From contig NW_021826338.1 of assembly GCF_006345805.1 (NCBI RefSeq), positions 1 through 13,129 of the forward strand: a stretch of 13,129 bases of DNA, given 5' to 3'. Source of the DNA: Octopus sinensis (lineage: Eukaryota). Positions 9,256-13,129 of the stretch are shown piece by piece; positions within the stretch are counted from its first letter, which is position 1; each line of letters starts with the position of its first letter. The position numbers and the translations under genes are program-made. Below the pieces are notes generated by a model, which was not told where the DNA came from, made no database searches, and saw only the letters and a program-made list of their open reading frames with translations.

Positions 9256-9561
9256 ACACGCTCCCCACGAAGGATTTGCTCGTTGGTTATTCTCCGTGTT
9301 CGATCAGAGCTTCTCAAGCATGTAGCTATAATTCAGTTATCATTTTAACGGGTTACATGTGTTCTTCAGATTTTTACTTAGAAAGGTAAAGAAGTACTCA
9401 TGACCCTTTAAAGGGCCTTAAATGGGCTTCTGTGTGGGCGGGGTCAAGATATCCTAAAACCAGAGACCTGGCCAGAGTGCTTAAAATATAAAAAATATTC
9501 AGGACAATAGGTGGTGGGTTAAACTGATCTATGTGTTAAGTTTACCAACCTTGTAGGCTGT

Positions 9562-9656
9562 GGCAGGATTTGAACTCAGAACGCAAAGAAGAACAGAAAA
9601 TATCACAAAGAATCCCGACCGACGTTATTGTACTTCTACTAATCCATTGCTCTTCT
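9562..9656 (-). mobile_element. Degenerate SINE head fragment (family A-like)
   Basis: gatttgaactcagaacg matches the reverse complement of the family A B-box region. Confidence 0.55.
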
Positions 9657-9704
9657 TGGAATTATTTTTACTAATACTAATAAAGAATAAAAGGTAAAAT
9701 GATC

Positions 9705-9792
9705 ACAGTGGGATTTGAACTGACAGCGTCGAGTTTCAGCATAATTTCCGCCAGACATTCTCTCCGACGCTCTCATGACTCTACCAATTCAT
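9705..9792 (-). mobile_element. Second degenerate SINE head fragment
   Basis: ggatttgaact...ccgacgctct parallels 9562-9656. Confidence 0.45.
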
Positions 9793-10119
9793 GTCTCTCT
9801 ATCTGTATCACATGCATCAACCCGAACTTAACTGGTTGCTTTTCAAGCAGATGACGATCCTGGCGTTTTTTTTTTCGGGTGTTGAAACATGTGGTAACAT
9901 ATTGAGATAGACAGTACTCATTATTTCTCCCAACCAACCAACCAACATGTTTTTGGTATCGAGAAATAGAATTACGAAAGGGGGAAATCCGTTTTTATTT
10001 TTTTCTAGATTATTATTATTTTTTTTATTACTGAAATTCCTTCGAGGACTATAGAAATAAATTTTTATGATATCACTCTTTGCGAAGGTAATTATAAAAA
10101 AGCATATCACGATGGCAAC

Positions 10120-10360
10120 ACAAATATAGACACAAACACACACATACATTTAGAGACACATATATATACATATGTATTATGTGTGTGTGTATATATATAT
10201 ATACACACACACACACATATATATAATATATATGTATATATATATAATATATATAGATATAGATATAGATATATACATATATGTATATATATATATCATA
10301 TATAATATATAATATACATATATATATATATAATTATATATATATATATAATATATATAT

Positions 10361-10399
<39 letters not shown>

Positions 10400-10660
10400 T
10401 ATATAGATAATACATACATACATACATGTATAAAAACATGTATATATGTACGGTAATTTAACCACAAGAATTTGTGGCCGTATGCGTGTAGAATTTATAT
10501 ATATATATATATATATATACATGTGCATGTGTGTATGTAAGTGTATATATACATACGTAAACACACACAATCACACGCACATATATGCATCAATTACATA
10601 AAATAGATTTCTTATATATGTATGTATATGTGTGAGTGTGTGTGTGTGTGTGTAGGGAGG
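10120..10660. repeat. (TA)n, (TAGA)n, (TACA)n, (TG)n microsatellite block
   Basis: Direct inspection. Confidence 0.9.
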
Positions 10661-10939
10661 TAGGTAAGTTTTCATATGTTTTGCATGTGCGTGTGTGTGC
10701 AAATATGCATGTACGTGTTGTGTGTACGAGTACATTGCATGCACGCGGACGCAATATCATAACATTTAAGGGGGTGACATTAGTACAAAGACAACGAAGA
10801 TAACTCTTATACCGCCATCTTCTATGTACATATGTATATACATACCTAAAATACATTCACCTTTCTCTCTCTACCCCTATATTCCTCAGTATGTTGATAC
10901 ATAACACACACACACATATATAATATATATATATATAAT

Positions 10940-11160
10940 AAATATTAGGGAATAAATCCAAATTTACAGGGAAAAAATCAGATTTAGGATTAAATCCAAT
11001 TTTATAGTAAAATATTATAAAATTATTAGAGACAAAACACTATTTTGCAAAACAAAACAAGGAAAGACTTAATCAATACATAAATTTTTAATAAATAGTC
11101 AAAAAAACCGCCACTACAATTGTTTCTTGTCTTGATCGACAATCTTCAGGTGGACTTCCA
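10940..11160 (-). mobile_element. Short AT-rich HHR-bearing element (putative non-autonomous PLE or retrozyme-like unit)
   Basis: HHR at its 5' end on the minus strand, followed by about 170 nt of T-rich RNA ending at a (TA)n tract. Confidence 0.5.
11111..11153 (-). ncRNA. Minimal type I hammerhead ribozyme
   Basis: CCAC-CUGAAGA-UUGUC-GAUCAA-GACAA-GAAA-C-AAUU-G-UA^GUGG: full core, 4-bp stem I, 5-bp stem II and palindromic stem III. Predicted cleavage is between 11115 and 11114. Confidence 0.8.
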
Positions 11161-11173
11161 ATAAGTCAGTTTC

Positions 11174-11583
11174 AGGCGCAGGAGTGCCTGTGTGGTAAGT
11201 AGCTTATTTACCAACAACATGGTTCCGGGTTCTGTCCCACTGCATGGCACCTTGGGCAAGTGTCTTCTACTATAGCCTCAGGCCGACCAAAGCCTTGTGA
11301 GTGGATTTGGTAGACGGAAACTGAAAGAAGCGCGTCGTATATATTATATATATATATATGCGTTGTGTGTTTGTGTGTCTGTGTTTGTCCCCCTAGCATT
11401 GCTTGACAACCGATGCTGGTGTGTTTATGTCCCGTTTACTTAGCGGTTCGCAAAAGAGACCGATAGAATAAGTACTGGGCTTACAAAAGAAGTCCCGGGT
11501 CGAGTTGCTCGATTAAAGGCGTGCTCCAGCATGGCCACAGTCAAATGACTGAACAGTAAAGAGTAAAAAGAGAAAGAGAGTAA
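11174..11583 (+). mobile_element. SINE family B, full length
   Basis: Colinear with 3943-4360; several single-base deletions near the 3' end. Confidence 0.9.
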
Positions 11584-11834
11584 ATATATATACATATACA
11601 TATATATATATACACATATATGTACATAGGTATGCATATATGTATGTATAGACAGCACATATTGTTTGTGGACTCTTAGTGCAGTTGCTGCTGTACACGT
11701 GCTTCAAACATGTGCATAGATATTTTGGTAAATATACAAATATACATCAATGCAACCTCAAAACTGCTAAAATTAATTCTTCGTAATGTTTGCCCCATCT
11801 GTCACTCATTTACAAATCGTATATCCATATATGT

Positions 11835-12316
11835 TGAGGAGCAATGGCCCAGTTGTTAGGGCAGTGGACTCGCGGTCGTAGGTTGGCGGTTTCGATTCCC
11901 AGATCCGGAGGGTTGTGAGTGTTTATTGAGGCTCCAGCAGGGGTTGGTGGCGAACCCTGCGGTACTCTTTCACCACAACTTTCTCTCACTCTTTGTTTCT
12001 GTTGCGTCTGTATTTCAAAGAGCCAGCCTTGTCACACTCTGGGTCACGTTGAATCTCCCCGAGAACTACGTTAAAGGTACACGTGTCTCTTGAGTGCTCA
12101 GCCACTTGCACCTTAATTCCACCGGGCGACGCGTTGTGTTCTTGAACAAAACACTTCATTTCACGTTGCTCCAGTCCACTCAGCTGGCAAAAATGAGTAA
12201 CGCTGCGATGGACTGGTGCCCCATCCAGCTGGGGAATACATACACCATTGAAACAGGGAAACCGGGCCCATGAGCCTGGCTAGGCTTTAAAAGGGCGCAT
12301 TTATTATTATTATTAT
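11835..12316 (+). mobile_element. Chimeric or abutting SINE: family D 5' part joined to a family E body and tail
   Basis: 11835 to ~12123 aligns with 12596 to ~12913. Unrelated sequence follows (ttgtgttcttgaacaaaacact...gcgatggactgg...catccag), which is CORE/V-domain-like from memory, ending in (TTA)n. Confidence 0.75.
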
Positions 12317-12445
12317 TTTTTAAATGTAAAATGTTAAAGAGAGAAACCTAGATGTCTCTTGCAATACATACCAATACATCCATCTAAAACAAATTTTTTT
12401 CAGGCCCTTAAAATGCTATAGCGGTACCCAATTTACTAGCTTTTC

Positions 12446-12507
12446 GTGGACCCCAAAAAATTTATATGAACCCTCAGGGCCAGGTGGACCCCGGTTTGCG
12501 ACCCAGC
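12446..12507. mobile_element. Possible hAT/MITE terminal fragment
   Basis: gtggacccc occurs twice (12446, 12484), followed by ggtttgcgaccc. This resembles from memory hAT ends of the ggacccc(a)ggttgagaacc type. No partner end was found. Confidence 0.35.
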
Positions 12508-12593
12508 ATTAGACTAAAAGATTTTCAAGGTTGGTGCCCAGCATTAGTGATATTTCATTTTGTTCGAGTCAGCTTCTTGGTATTCTCCGTTGT

Positions 12594-12984
12594 GTGGAGG
12601 CGCAATGGCCCAGTGGTTAGGGCAGCAGACTCGCGGTCGTAGGATCGCGGTTTCGATTCCCAGACTGGGCGTTGTGAGTGTTTATTGAGCGAAAACACCT
12701 AAAGCTCCACGAGGCTCCGGCAGGGATGGTTGTGATCCCTGCTGTACTCTTTCACCACAACTTTCTCTCACTCTTACTTCCTGTTTCTGTTGTACCTGTA
12801 TTTCAAAGGGCCGGCCTTGTCACTCTCTGTGTCACGCTGAATATATCCCCGAGAACTACGTTAAGGGTACACGTGTCTGTGGAATGCTCAGCTACTTACA
12901 CGTTAATTTCACGAGCAGGCTGTACCGTTGATCGGATCAACCGGAACCCTCGTCGTCGTAACCGACGGAGTGCTTCCATCCATA
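12594..12984 (+). mobile_element. SINE family D, full length, 9-bp TSD
   Basis: tRNA-like head tggcccagtggttag...ggtttcgattccc; ctccgttgt at 12585-12593 and 12985-12993; short (tcca)n tail. Confidence 0.9.
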
Positions 12985-13024
12985 CTCCGTTGTACTTGTA
13001 GGTCCACTGGATTTTCAATGTATC

Positions 13025-13058
13025 CATGCAGTATGCATACATGTATGCATACTGCATG
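13025..13058. repeat. Perfect 34-bp palindrome
   Basis: catgcagtatgcataca|tgtatgcatactgcatg is its own reverse complement. Confidence 0.95.
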
Positions 13059-13129
13059 CATTGAGGAATCGGGGATGGGCGTAAGTGTAGCGAACCTAGG
13101 GACCCACTTGGCTGGGAACGAAGTCCTGA

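Noticed and set aside
9400-9450. tgaccc...gggtca with a cccttt/aaaggg palindrome
   Set aside because: Possible MITE relic, but too short to support.
12678-13001. 107-aa ORF
   Set aside because: Lies almost wholly within SINE D.
1-13129. CRISPR-like repeat-spacer array
   Set aside because: Repeats are dispersed SINEs and microsatellites with no regular spacing, in a eukaryotic context.

Overview
Repeat-saturated eukaryotic intronic or intergenic DNA with no intact gene. The SINE repertoire and the microsatellite density resemble Octopus genomes; this is recalled and not verified. Contents: (1) about a dozen tRNA-headed SINE copies or fragments from at least four families, labelled A, B, D and E here; (2) a decayed RTE-clade reverse-transcriptase fragment split by a SINE with a 16-bp target-site duplication (TSD); (3) a 3' stub of an R4/Dong-like LINE set in TAA repeats; (4) large microsatellite arrays, which generate most ORFs in the track; (5) one possible terminal exon. 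The most notable signal is three minimal type I hammerhead ribozyme (HHR) motifs sharing the core CUGAAGA...GAAA-CAAUUG-UA, typical of Penelope-like elements (PLEs). Two lie in the arms of a 122-bp inverted repeat (6342-6614) and one is a clean solo motif (11111-11153, minus strand). A 144-bp copy of the sequence downstream of one HHR starts at its predicted cleavage triplet, is fused to a full SINE and is nested inside an older SINE (5540-6114).
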